A stretch of DNA of 64,000 bases from Eledone cirrhosa (Eukaryota), in the NCBI GenBank assembly GCA_964016885.1, contig OZ024743.1:13516001-13580000 (forward strand), read 5' to 3'. Positions 52,512 through 64,000 of the stretch are shown piece after piece (positions within the stretch are counted from its first letter, which is position 1; each line of letters opens with the position of its first letter). The notes under the pieces are model-generated. The model did not search any database. It saw only the letters and a program-made list of their open reading frames with translations, and was not told the origin of the DNA. The position numbers and the translations under genes were made by a program.

Positions 52512-54364
52512 CTTTGAGTCTTAGTCATTGATGTTAGTTAACTGGAAAGTTTGTTGAAATGAATATCAAGCCACTACCTGCAGCCTCAGATATTCAGAAC
52601 GTATCGGAGGGTTCTTGCTGTTCCCAGCGAGCATGCCTTTTGAAGCGTTCCAAAAAGCGTGAAGGGGCCAATTTTTTTAACCATCCCTGGAAACTTTTTG
52701 AGATAGTCCCTAGTGCGCTTATGACAATCGGGATCACTTTGACATCATGGCAGTTCCAAATCCTTTTTACCTCCCACTTTAAGTCCTGGTATCGGTTAAT
52801 TTTCTCCCTCTCCTTCTCCTGCAATCTGATGTCGAATGGGCATGCCACATCCACAATCAGGCACGATCTTTTTTCTTAGTCCACAACCACAAGGTCAGGT
52901 CTATTGTGTTCCAGTTTCTTGTCCGTCTGTATCCTAAAATCCCACAGCACCTTCACTTGATCGTTTTCTATCACCGCCTCTGGCTTATGCTCATACCACT
53001 TCTCAGAATGTGGTAAATTGTTTACTTTGCATAGGTGCCAGTGGATCACCCTGCCCATCACATCATGTCTCCAGCCCTTATAGTGAGTCTGGGCTAGGTG
53101 TTTACACGCGGATACAATGTGAGCCACCGTCTCCCCTCTCTCTCCACAGATCCTGCACAGTGGGCTAGCCTCCTCCTTGTAAATGTGGTGTTTCAACCAC
53201 TTCGTTTGAGGGCCTGCTCCTGCGCAGCCATTAACATTCTTTCTGTAGCCTTTTTAAGGTCTCCTCTTTTCAACCAGTTCCATGTCTGTGGATCTCTAAA
53301 TTCAGTTTTCTCAAAGAAGGTACTATGAAGGGATTTTTCCTGAAGGCTGCTCTTTCTCCTTGATGTTATTTCCTCCTTGGACATCCCCTGGCCTATTGTC
53401 CCCTCCTTCAGTACAGTTCTGAGCATTGGCTCCTTACTATCAGTCACGTATTTGTGTAGGTTGTTTTTCTCCATCTGAACGCAGTCCTCTATGCTGATAA
53501 GACCTCTTCCACCCTCAGATCTCCTTAAGTAGAGTCTATCGACATCACTCCTCTTGTGGAACATATTGTAGATAGTCAATAGCTTCCTAAACTTCCTATC
53601 CATTTCTTTTTGTTCAGCAACATTCCATCTCAGAATTCCCGCACTGTACCTAATAATAGGCACAGCTCGGGAATTTACTGCACTTATGGCATTCCTACTG
53701 TATGACTTTAATATGCTCCTTACTCTCCGAAGGTATTCAGTTCTTATCAATTCCTTCATTTTTTTGTTCTTGATGTCATCAGCCTCCAGAACGTCCAACT
53801 ACTTGTATCCTTCCTCAGAGTCAATTTCCTTTATCATCTCACCTGTTGGTATCTGGATTCCGTTTCTTCTGCTCAACTTACCCTTCCTCATCACAATGAC
53901 TTTCTAATACCAAATTGCATACATATATCATATACGCACTTACTAATACCAAATTGCATACATATATCATTGCTGAAAATACGGACAGTGTCAACAAGCA
54001 CATCCAACTCCTTCTCACTCTTCCCGAAGAGCTTAAGATCGTCTATGAAGAGGAGGTGATTGATGGTAAGCCCTCCCTTTCCCAACCTGTATCCTGCTCT
54101 CACTTTTCGCAGTACACTGGTCAGACTATCTCCCTGGAAGATACCTCTCTTGATCTTCACGCTTCCCAAGGATTTTCCAGTTGATGTTAACTCTGTTTTC
54201 CAGGACTTCATACTTTTGCCCAACAACTGTCTGATGTTATCTGTCACCTTGAAGATCTCCAGGCTTTTGGTGATCCAAGAATGAGGCACCATGTCAAATG
54301 CCTTTTTGTAGTCTATCCAGCCCATGGCAAGACCAGTGTGTCTCCTCTTGCAATTCCTCATTAC

Positions 54365-54365
<1 letters not shown>
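52512..54365 (-). mobile_element. 5'-truncated R4/Dong-like LINE family A copy, with (TAA)n on both sides
   Basis: Homologous to 43303-45140. Frameshifted ORFs 53891-54367, 53193-53798, 52876-53196 and 52594-52854. Confidence 0.9.
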
Positions 54366-54396
<31 letters not shown>

Positions 54397-54401
<5 letters not shown>

Positions 54402-57400
54402 TGCTCAATTTTTCAAATGTTTTTATAGATACATTCTTGTCTATTGGAACAGACATATCAATTAGCAGGCATACCCTCTTTTTAAAGTCCTTCAATATTA
54501 TATCAGGTCTATTTGCATCTATTTTTCGGTCTGTTTGGATGCTAAAGTTCCACAAGATTGAGATGTGATCTTTTTCAAGTATGGGAGGTGGTTGATGCTC
54601 CCACCAATTCTTTTGATGGGGCAGGTCAAAATGCTTACACATTATCCAATGTATGTATTGTGCAGCTCTGTCATGCCTGTTTAGGTATTCGGTTGGAGCT
54701 ATAGGACTGCACATTGAAATTATATGGTCAATGGTCTCTGGTTGTTTTTTACATACACGGCATAATGGGTTGCATCCATTTTTTATTATGTTGGCTTGGT
54801 AATTTTTTGTTGGCAGACACTGATCTTGTGCTGATATAATCAGTCCTTCAGTCTCGGATTTCAGTCCAGAGGATGCCAACCACTGATGGGTTAAAGTTTT
54901 GTCAACATCAGGATTGTTAGCTCGCTCTGGGTATTTTCCATACAGAGGCTTTTCTTGCCATTTCTTAGCCAGTTTCTGTAGCAGTTCTTTCTTTGCAGTT
55001 ACTTTTACCTGCTTTGCCTTTTCTGTGTTTTCCATTTCAGCAGTAAATGGGACTTCTGAAATTTGTAGTCCATTACTGTATCTTTGTGCATCTTTTGTAA
55101 TGGAATATGATCTTTTGATCTTTTCGTGTTTCAAAACGAGTTTGATCATCCAATCATGTGATTCCCTTAGATATGTAGATAATCCAATTGTTGCAGTTTT
55201 CAACGCAATGTCTAACTGGATTAACCCACGTCCTCCTTCTTTCCTAGGGAGATATATTCTATCTATATCTGCCTTAGGGTGATGCATTCTGTGCATGGTT
55301 AAGAATTTTCGAAATTTTGTAACGAGCCTACGGATCTCTGTGCTTGACCAGTTGATGACATTGTAACTGTAGGTTACTACTGGTATGGCAAGCGTGTTTA
55401 TGGCATCGATCCTATTCCTCGCATTCAATTCCGTTCTTAAGATTGCTCTTAGTCTGCGGTAACATTCCTTCCTTATCCTTTCCCTCATTGTCGAGTGCTT
55501 GATTCCGTCTCCTTCACAAACACCTAGATATTTGTAAGTTTTTTCTTGATCAAGTCTCTTATCACGATCCCCCGATCAAGATTAATGTCTGAACTCTTCA
55601 GCAGCTTTCCTCTGGTGAACGTTGCTTTGGCGCATTTATCTAGTCCAAACTCCATTTTAATGTCATCACTGAACTGCTCCACAGTGGATAATAGCCCTTG
55701 CAATTGTTCATCATTTTTTGCAAATAGTTTCAGGTCATCCATGTAGAACAGGTGATTAATGGTTTTGTCATAGAATTTATATCCATGTTTTGTTTCATTG
55801 AGCATTTTACCTAATGGTATAAGTGCGATGTAGAATAAAAGCGGCGATAAAGAGTCACCCTGAAAAATTCCACAATTAATATTAACTTCTCCAGCTTCCA
55901 GTGATTTTGTTTCACTAGTCAAAAGGAGTGTCGTTTTCCATGTCTTCATACTGAATGACAAAAACCTCCTGACAACGGGGGATATTTTGAAAATCTCTAA
56001 ACATTTTTCAATCCAACTGTGTGGCAAACTATCGAATGCTTTTTTATAATCTATCCAAGCAATCGATAGATTTTTGTGTCTATTATGACAATTTTCCAGT
56101 ATCATTTTGTTAACCAGAAGCTGATACTTACAGCCATATGAGCCTCGTTTACACACTTTCTGCTCAATAGGGAATAGGTCATTTGTTATCAGGTGGTCAT
56201 ATGTGTATTCAGTTAGGACTGATGTTAAAATTTTATACATTGTGGTCAAGCAAGTTATCGGTCTGTAATTTTGGGGATTGTTTGTCTCATCATTCTTCGG
56301 AAGCAGGAATGTAATGCCGTTAACTAGCCATGATGGTATCTTTTCTGGCTCCTTAACTATTTCATTGTAAAGTTGGGCTAACAGCTCATGAGACTCTGTG
56401 AAGGCATTTATCCAAAAGTTTTGTATTTTGTCTTTTCCTGGGGATTTCCATTTGCTGGTTTTTCTTAGAGCCAAGCGGAACTGTTCAACTGTTATATTTT
56501 CCCATATTTGTTCCTCAAGGTGAGCTGTATCTTTCATTTGTCTGTCTATCCATGGGGCATGTATGTTATGAACTTTTTCTTCGGCCCAGATCTTTTCCCA
56601 GAATTCATGCACTTCCTCCTTGGGTGGTATTGATTTAGAAGTTATTGTTGACTTATCAATTTTTCTGTAGAAGTTTCTTTGGTTGTTTTTCAACATATTA
56701 TTGTCCTTATAGAATCTAGATCGTTTTTCAAAGCGCCTTATACGAGCAGCTTTGGCCGACACTTTTTGCTTGATTATTTCTATCAGCATGTCTATGTCAC
56801 ATGTTGATGTTATACTGTACTTTTTTTTCAATTTTCTAAGTTTAGTTTGTTTAACTTGTTCACCTACTTTATAGTTTGTTAAAATTTCTATGTCAGATCG
56901 GAGAAGGTTTATTTGGCGATTGATGTTCTCTTGCCAAGTAGATTTCTTGTGGGAATTCCTTTGTTTTTTCATCTTCACTCCACATAAGTGAGTGGTGACT
57001 TTAGCCGATGCACAATAGAGATGATTTAAATCAGTAATGTTTAGTTTGTTTGTGATGATAATGTTTTTGAGAATTATGTTAGTCTTGTGTATTATCTTTT
57101 GGTTCTGTTTGGAGTTCTGGATCTTAGGGAGTGTGTCTCGTTGCCCCATGTCAGATTCTTTCATTTTCATCCATTCGATCATAATTTCATCCTTCAAGTT
57201 GGCAAGTTCATTCTCATTCATTTCTTTATCATTTACGATCTCATTATTTTCATTTGGAGTTTCATCCTGAGCATGCACTCCCTCCACTTTTTCGATCCTT
57301 TCTTTAATTTGTTCTGTTGCCAGTGCTTCCGCCCCAACCCTGGGTTTCGAAGTGTTACAGTTTACCTCGTTTTCACTGACACATGTTTCATTTTCCCTTC

Positions 57401-58010
57401 GCTGACTTTGTGCTAATAGCTTGATCTGATCAATTTCTATATCAGTTAGTAACTTTTTTCTTACAATATTTCTTCGTATATTGGCTAGTTTGTTACTGTC
57501 AATATAGCCTCTGTTTTCGGGATGTTTCTTTTTCCAGTTGATATATGTCTGTTCTGTATTCGATGTATTTGATGGGTAGTACATGGCAGTGTAGAAAGCC
57601 TCAAGGACTTCTTTATTATCTTCCCTTGACCATTTTTCTCTCTTTTTCTTTGGATTTCTTGGTGGTGAGCATGGAGGGCCAACAGTAGGAGTATTCCGGT
57701 TATGGGAGGTCTCCAGCTCCGAAGTGATGGGAAGGTTTGAACCATTAGCTGATTTTTCGACCCCAGTCTGGTTCCTCACTGAGGGACGCGGCCCTTTTTT
57801 ACCCGGGTGACGGCCGATCCGGTATGAGATTTTATCATTAGACATTTACTTTATTTTGTCGCGTTTTATCCTTATCCGCCAAGGGGTAATCATTTCGTGT
57901 TACTACTTCTAGAACGAGTGTCAACCAAGACTAGAGGGGTCGTTCTCCCCTAGAGACACGGCTATTCCCCGCCGGCCGCCATCCCGGTATTTCTTGGTCA
58001 CGGGGTTTTC
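54397..58010 (-). mobile_element. R4/Dong-like LINE family B, 5'-complete, ORF 57845-54397 with one frameshift (about 55520), interrupted at the 3' end
   Basis: YMDD, GIFQGDSLSP, CRVC..PETIDHIISMC, RHD, RPDII..LIDMSVP..KTFEKLSK, then (TAA)n in place of the expected YKDL continuation. Confidence 0.92.
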
Positions 58011-58493
58011 TTTTTGTTGTTTTTTTAAAATTGTTATTATCATGAGTGATTCCTTAATGTGAGCATTGCGTGGCTTAAGAATGAAATTATTAATAATTGT
58101 CTCCACTTCAGGCACAAGTCCAGCAATCACCCAGTGCATTACAATAATATAATATACTTTTTGCTGAAGTTGCCTGTTATTGTTGTTGGCTATGTCGGTG
58201 GTGGTACCGGGGCTTTTTATATTGTTGGTGAGGAAGGGGTGAGCCAGCAGTCCCATAGTTGTTGATGTTGACGTTTGGCCGGTGGCCAGGTCACTAAGTC
58301 AATCTATTTATATCTTTTGCTAGCCTCTCCCTTGTCTAGTGATACCGCCACCTCCCCCTTTCTCTCTCAAGTTAACAGGGGAATAGTGGTGGTAGCAATG
58401 AAGGAGTGGTGGCGGCGGCGATGGGATAGTGGTAGCAAGATGATGGATGGGGTGGTGGCGGCGGTGGGTTTGTGGTTACTGGGTTTTGTGATA

Positions 58494-58536
<43 letters not shown>

Positions 58537-58541
58537 CATAA

Positions 58542-58730
58542 GGGCGGTGAATTGGCAGTATCGGTAGATGGTCGGGCACCATGCTTTCCAGCATAGTTAC
58601 TTCCCTTTATGTTCTGAATTAACATCCCTCCAAGGTTAACTTTTCCTTTCATCCTTACGTGATCGATAAGATAAAGTAGCAGTAATGCACTGGTTAATTG
58701 CAGGCCTTGTGCCAAAAGTAGAAACAATTA
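58542..58730 (+). mobile_element. tRNA-derived SINE copy
   Basis: Same family as 2878-3060. Confidence 0.85.
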
Positions 58731-58773
58731 TTATTATATATGTACATACACACATACGCACACATACCCCCCC

Positions 58774-58840
<67 letters not shown>

Positions 58841-58913
58841 GTTATAACAGTGACATATACATATATATAAATGTTTACGTTATAATCCAACTCTGAGTGA
58901 ATTTTTTAAATAT

Positions 58914-58947
58914 TACTAATTGTATGATTTTCTTTGAACTGTTTCAG
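58914..58947 (+). promoter_or_regulatory. Putative branch point, pyrimidine tract and splice acceptor of the TLR coding exon
   Basis: TACTAAT (58914) ... TTTTCTTTGAACTGTTTCAG|G, 42 nt upstream of the ATG. Confidence 0.6.
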
Positions 58948-58989
58948 GTATGGAGGATAGGCTGATGCACTAATGTAGAAAAAAGAAAG

Positions 58990-61107
58990 ATGCATTCTTG
59001 TTTGTCCACCGGTTTACAAGCTTTAAGAAAATTCTGCAAATGGAAAGTATTATCTTTAACAATGATTGTTTTGGCTACTCAAGTTAGCTGTACTAAAGTG
59101 AATAAATGTCGGTTCCTAAGGAAAGGAGCATGGGAATGCGAAGGAAATCATTTCGTGCCAAAATTCCCTCTTGATACTACTACGATAACGTGGACCGATC
59201 TACAATGTTCTCACTTCGACAACAAAACATTTCAGAATTTAACAGAATTGCCTTTACTGCGCTTCATCATTAGAACCTCCTCTATTTCGAACTCTAGCAC
59301 TGATGTATTTCATAATTTGAAATACTTAGAACGATTTGAAATGGTAAATTGCAAAATAAAACTGGAAGAATTGAGAAAATTGTTCTTAGGTTTACCATCC
59401 GGGGTAATTACAATACATTTGTTTGGGTTTAATTTACAGCATATGAACAAAGATCTATTTGAGGGATTCAGAAGAACAAACATTTCTAAAATCGCTATAT
59501 ATAAATGTCATATGCCTCCTTTTAATGGCGATTATTTTACTGGTATAAATAACCTAGAAGTACTGGATATTCAACGCAATGATATAACATCAATTACAAG
59601 TTGGGGATATCTTCCAAATTTAAAATATTTGGATTTATTTCGTAACAGAATCTTACATTTCCCTCCATTTAAAAACGCTACTGGATTTTGTTCTTATCCC
59701 AAACTTGAGAAGCTATTTATGGCTTTTTCAAATTATAAATTTCTCGATACTCATTTCTTTTGGGGATTAGATATGTTACGCACGATTGGAATCGATATTG
59801 GGGATATTATAATCTTCAGACAAAATGTCTTTCAGGAAATGAAATATCTACGAGCTATAAGTATATCATCTTTGAATCACAATAACATAAGGTTTGAGCA
59901 TAATGTCTTAAAAATCCCAACCTTGGAATCATTTGCATTAAAAAATTTACATGTTGTGTTTAACAATGTAAACAAATCGGCTTCGTTATTTCCATCATGC
60001 GAAAAATTAGAAAATTTGATTTTGAGAAATATCACTACCAGCATAGATTTAAACATTATCCTTAAGCCATTGACAAAACTGGGAAACCTGGAGATCTCTG
60101 ATGTACCCATTTATGACGTTCCTGATGCTGTATGCAATATGAATACTCTTCGGAATCTTACCATTCGTTATACCCGTCTTGAAAAATGGAACAAAGTTAA
60201 TTGTTCAGCAATGACATCATTACGCACACTTGTGTTAATAGGTAACAGCATTGGCGTCGTTAATGAAACATTATTTTCGAAACAATTATTCAGGAATAAG
60301 AAACTTAAGTTTAATCTGAGAAATAATCCATTTGTATGCGACTGTAATACACTCTGGTTTCGGGATTGGGCAAATAGAAATATCGATAGACTTCTGGCTT
60401 ATAAATATTACGTATGTAATAGTCCTGGTGCACTGAAGCATCTGCACTTGATGAATTTTACTCTAAGTTGGGAGTACTGTGAAAACAAACACAAAGAATC
60501 ACCTATCGCTATTATTGGAATTATAATAGCCACACTCTCAGTTATTTTTGTGCTTGCTGCAATATTATCATACACAAAACGATGGTCGATCCGTCATTGT
60601 ATTTATCAAGCAATAATTAAAAGGCGAAAATACAAAAAACTAGTTAATGATGGCCACTATAAGTATGATGCATTTATATGTTATTGTAGTAGTGATGTCA
60701 AATGGGTTATTAACAAATTATTACACGTTCTTGAGGAAGAAAACCATTTTCATTTATGTTTGCATGACAGAGACTTTTCTGTTGGTAACGATATAGTTGA
60801 TAATATTGTAGAAAGTATGCAACAAAGCTACAAGGTAGTGTTGGTTTTGTCGTCTAACTTTGCCCAGAGCAACTGGTGTCAGTTTGAAGCCAGTATTGCA
60901 CAGCAGAAGATTTTAGAGGAACACCAAGACAATATTGTTCCTATTTTGTTGAATGATATTCCGGCAAATTTACAAAGTAAAAGGCTTAGTATTTTACTAA
61001 AACAAAAAACATACATTGAATGGCCGCATGAAGATAAATATGAACAAATGTTTTGGGAGCGTCTTATAAAATGTTTAAATGGAATGATAGACTATTATGA
61101 AATTTAG
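58990..61107 (+). CDS. Toll-like receptor (LRR ectodomain, LRRCT, transmembrane helix, TIR domain), single-cysteine-cluster type, 705 aa
   Basis: Signal-like VLSLTMIVLATQVSC. LRRs (LEVLDIQRNDIT, LKYLDLFRNRIL, LRTLVLIGNSI). LRRCT NPFVCDCNTLWFRDW..C.SP. TM IAIIGIIIATLSVIFVLAAIL. TIR YDAFICY, LCLHDRDF, WCQFE, FWERL. Uninterrupted ORF. Confidence 0.96.
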   Translation: MHSCLSTGLQALRKFCKWKVLSLTMIVLATQVSCTKVNKCRFLRKGAWECEGNHFVPKFPLDTTTITWTDLQCSHFDNKTFQNLTELPLLRFIIRTSSISNSSTDVFHNLKYLERFEMVNCKIKLEELRKLFLGLPSGVITIHLFGFNLQHMNKDLFEGFRRTNISKIAIYKCHMPPFNGDYFTGINNLEVLDIQRNDITSITSWGYLPNLKYLDLFRNRILHFPPFKNATGFCSYPKLEKLFMAFSNYKFLDTHFFWGLDMLRTIGIDIGDIIIFRQNVFQEMKYLRAISISSLNHNNIRFEHNVLKIPTLESFALKNLHVVFNNVNKSASLFPSCEKLENLILRNITTSIDLNIILKPLTKLGNLEISDVPIYDVPDAVCNMNTLRNLTIRYTRLEKWNKVNCSAMTSLRTLVLIGNSIGVVNETLFSKQLFRNKKLKFNLRNNPFVCDCNTLWFRDWANRNIDRLLAYKYYVCNSPGALKHLHLMNFTLSWEYCENKHKESPIAIIGIIIATLSVIFVLAAILSYTKRWSIRHCIYQAIIKRRKYKKLVNDGHYKYDAFICYCSSDVKWVINKLLHVLEEENHFHLCLHDRDFSVGNDIVDNIVESMQQSYKVVLVLSSNFAQSNWCQFEASIAQQKILEEHQDNIVPILLNDIPANLQSKRLSILLKQKTYIEWPHEDKYEQMFWERLIKCLNGMIDYYEI

Positions 61108-62612
61108 AACCAACTGGGAAAATTGCAATTTCAGGACACCTGGCGATACATGTGTATATTAACCGTAAATGAAATAATGTTGAATTTAAAGATGGTGATC
61201 TAAAGGAAAATAAACTTTTGTATGAACACAAGATGAAGGCACTCGAATCTAATTGACTAAATTTGAGATTCACTTAATTAGAATTACTGCGAGATAGATA
61301 TTTAGTGAAATGTTTGGTAATTGAATTTCTTATTATAAAACGTATTCAAATGTATTTAATCATGATATGAATGCACCAGCGACGTTGCAACTCATTTCTA
61401 GAACTGAGTAAACTGGAGCAATATGAAATAAAGTGTGTTGTGCAAAGAATAAATACAATGTATTTGGTATTTTATTCAGAATGGAAAATTAGTAACTGAG
61501 ATTTATCCGAAAGAATATATATACACCTTTAGGGCAAAACGTTCAGTGCATATCACCCTGCCCAAAACACTTTCGCCATCATATTTGTATTACACGCCTC
61601 CACAAAAAACATTACTATATCAAATATTAAATTAACGATTTGCTTGTAAAGATTGGCAATTATTTGTAATATCTATAGATTTCATATAATAAATGTACTT
61701 AAAATTATATATGACAACTTTTTGTTATTTATATAATCCCCACGAAATAGCGATCACTTCATAATATGATTTATCATAAATATAAGCAAATAGAACAAAC
61801 AAAACACTGTTGGAAAGTATAGAATAAGCTGCAATGGGATAGAAATAAACGATGAAACAAAATTCTATGCGAAAGGAAAATGTTTACAAAGATTTTAATG
61901 TTACGAGAAATTCCTTTTTCTAAAGATAATTTGAATGAGAACAAATAACAGAGAATTGGTGTATATTAAAAGATGAATATTGCTGAGAGACTCAAGTAAA
62001 ATTGGCAACATATCAGATTAAATTTGTATTCAAATCTCATTCAGGCGTGTTGTTTAATTGATCAGCAATGTCAAGGTTTTGTATTATGTTATTGGTGTAT
62101 ATATCATACCACAATATCGATTCACACACATTTGCAATGATTTTATATTGTGTTTTGTTGGCATTTCGCTGTATTGATTTTAATAAGAAATTACGCAAAC
62201 ATTAAACAGGCACCTACCTGCATAATTCAAATAACAAAACGGAGTCGCAGGTGTTGCATTATCCATAGATTAATAACATAGGTCTTCATTTCGGATACAA
62301 TATCTTTTTTCATCGGGATATATTAAGGAAGTGATGTAGTCTGATTCCAAATATGAATATCATCCTGGTCTGTGTCTCGGATATCTGACGGAACATCAAA
62401 ATAATATAAACAGAATGAAGAAAATAATAATTAATTAACACTTAAACGAAGTTTTAAAGCAACTGGAAAATATCTCATTTCGGTAAAATCAATTTAAATC
62501 AGATACTGAATTTGAGATATGCATTATTTTACTATCTCTTGTTTAATTCAAAACATATATAAAATATAAATAGTGATCCCCTATAATCTTTGCCAAACAT
62601 TATAGAACAAAT

Positions 62613-62798
62613 AATTGTTTCTACTTTTGGTACAGGGCCAGCAATTACCCAGTGCATTACTGATACTTTATTTTATCGACCCCGTAAGGATGAAAGGCAA
62701 AGTTAACCTCGACGGGATTTGAACTCAGTCCGTAAAGGGACGTAACTGTGCTGCAAAGCATGGTGTCCATCCCCTACTGATACTGCCAATTCACCACC
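62613..62798 (-). mobile_element. tRNA-derived SINE copy with a ~16-bp target-site duplication
   Basis: Flanked by TTATAGAACAAATAAT and TTATAGAATAAATAAT. Confidence 0.9.
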
Positions 62799-63189
62799 TT
62801 TATAGAATAAATAATATGTGCATATTGCATTTTAAATAAGCAATTGAACTTTTTATTTTAATTTCACCCACGTATGTTACGAATAGATTTTTAATCATAT
62901 CGAAAAGGAAACAAACTCGGTTAGAGTTAGAGGGTTATAAATATGTTAAATAAAACCGTGACCTTGTATAATTATCATTTCAATCGTTTTGCCTTAATTT
63001 AAATTAATTTGATATTAAGAGTTTCTCCATTAAATCCCAGAAGTGTTGAAGGGTACCATTGCAAAATTGAAACGACGCAACGCTAAGTTCGTCAAATCAT
63101 TTGCAGAGAAACATAGGATAGTCTCTAAAGCCCTGTTACCAATTGTTTCAAGCGTCCTCTTTAAAAGTGATGACATCGCGCGAAAATAT

Positions 63190-63900
63190 TCGGTGGTCTC
63201 TATTTGGAGTGAGGAGTTCTTCATAAAGCGCTCGCTCGAGATAGTTTGTCCCCTCTCGTCACTTTTGCATGCATTAACTCCAGAGCTTTACTACATGGGG
63301 AGATCCGTGTAAACATATACCGACGAAGTCATCATATTTGTGTCGAGCACCAAAAACTTTGAGATGATGGGTACCGCTGCAAGGTTGTGCGAAGCGGTAA
63401 CAGGTGCAAGGATTAACCCGAAAAAGTTGATGGTTCTGCAACTTGGCACATGGAGATGCATATCAATCCCGTCCAAAATTGACGTCCTGTTTTGTTTAAA
63501 TTTCTCGCTGTCTTATGGAAAAATATTAGGACAGGTTTACAAGCAGAGTGGCCTCTCTCACCCAGATATAAGCCAGGAGGAATATATCCACGAATGATTG
63601 CAGAGGGATATCTTCAAACGCTCATAGCCTACTGCCAATTGAATAGTATGATGGTGGAATCTCATGCTTGGTGTGCTACAGGGCTTTAGAAGCAGGTAAA
63701 AGCGATGACACTCTCCGGAAGATTCTGATCATGCGCAATTATCAGCTAGTCTTGCTTTTTTGCAAATCGTTCGCTCAATGGCCCATGGATAATGTAAAAA
63801 AACTCTGGGCTCACAGTGCTCCCGGGGAGTATTGCCAGTCTAGATAAACTCCACAAGTACGGATGTACCCTCAGCCGGTTGACAAAATAATCCTGCATGA
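63190..63900 (+). pseudogene. Decayed L1/Tx1-like RT fragment
   Basis: SEEFFIKRS...CPLSSLLHAL, TYTDEVIIFVS and EAVTGARINPKK...LQLGTWR are degenerate forms of RQGCPLSP, YADD and GAKIN. Confidence 0.7.
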
Positions 63901-64000
63901 ACTCGTTCATGTTCGAGGATTGCTGACTTGTGTGTGTGTGTGGTGGTGGTGGTGGTGGTGGTGGTGGTGGGGGGGGGGCTTATTTTGAACACGAGTTTAC

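Noticed and set aside
40379-57416. Plus-strand ORFs antisense to the R4-like LINEs
   Set aside because: Shadow frames of RT coding sequence with no recognisable motifs.

Overview
AT-rich eukaryotic genomic DNA, most likely from an octopus/cephalopod (inferred from the tRNA-derived SINE sequence, LINE families and microsatellite load; not verified by database search). There is one intact host gene, a Toll-like receptor with a single coding exon (58990-61107, +). Nearly everything else is mobile-element derived. Penelope-like elements (PLEs): a Neptune-like 3' end at the window start, a near-complete Naiad-type element with direct and inverted pseudo-LTRs (12559-18130), and two more Naiad-type 3' fragments. 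LINEs: R4/Dong-like elements in (TAA)n, an L1/Tx1-like element and RTE remnants. Also a Helitron derivative and a SINE cluster. The most striking feature is not in the ORF track: about 20 clear and several degenerate type-I hammerhead-ribozyme (HHR) motifs from roughly a dozen sequence families lie between 1.6 and 39.5 kb. They sit mostly in short non-coding fold-back or tandem units inserted in (TA)n. Three look like retrozymes (about 300, 322 and 495-nt tandem monomers with one HHR each), and several families share a covarying bulged hairpin in their 3' tail. All calls were made by eye, with no alignment, folding or database search.
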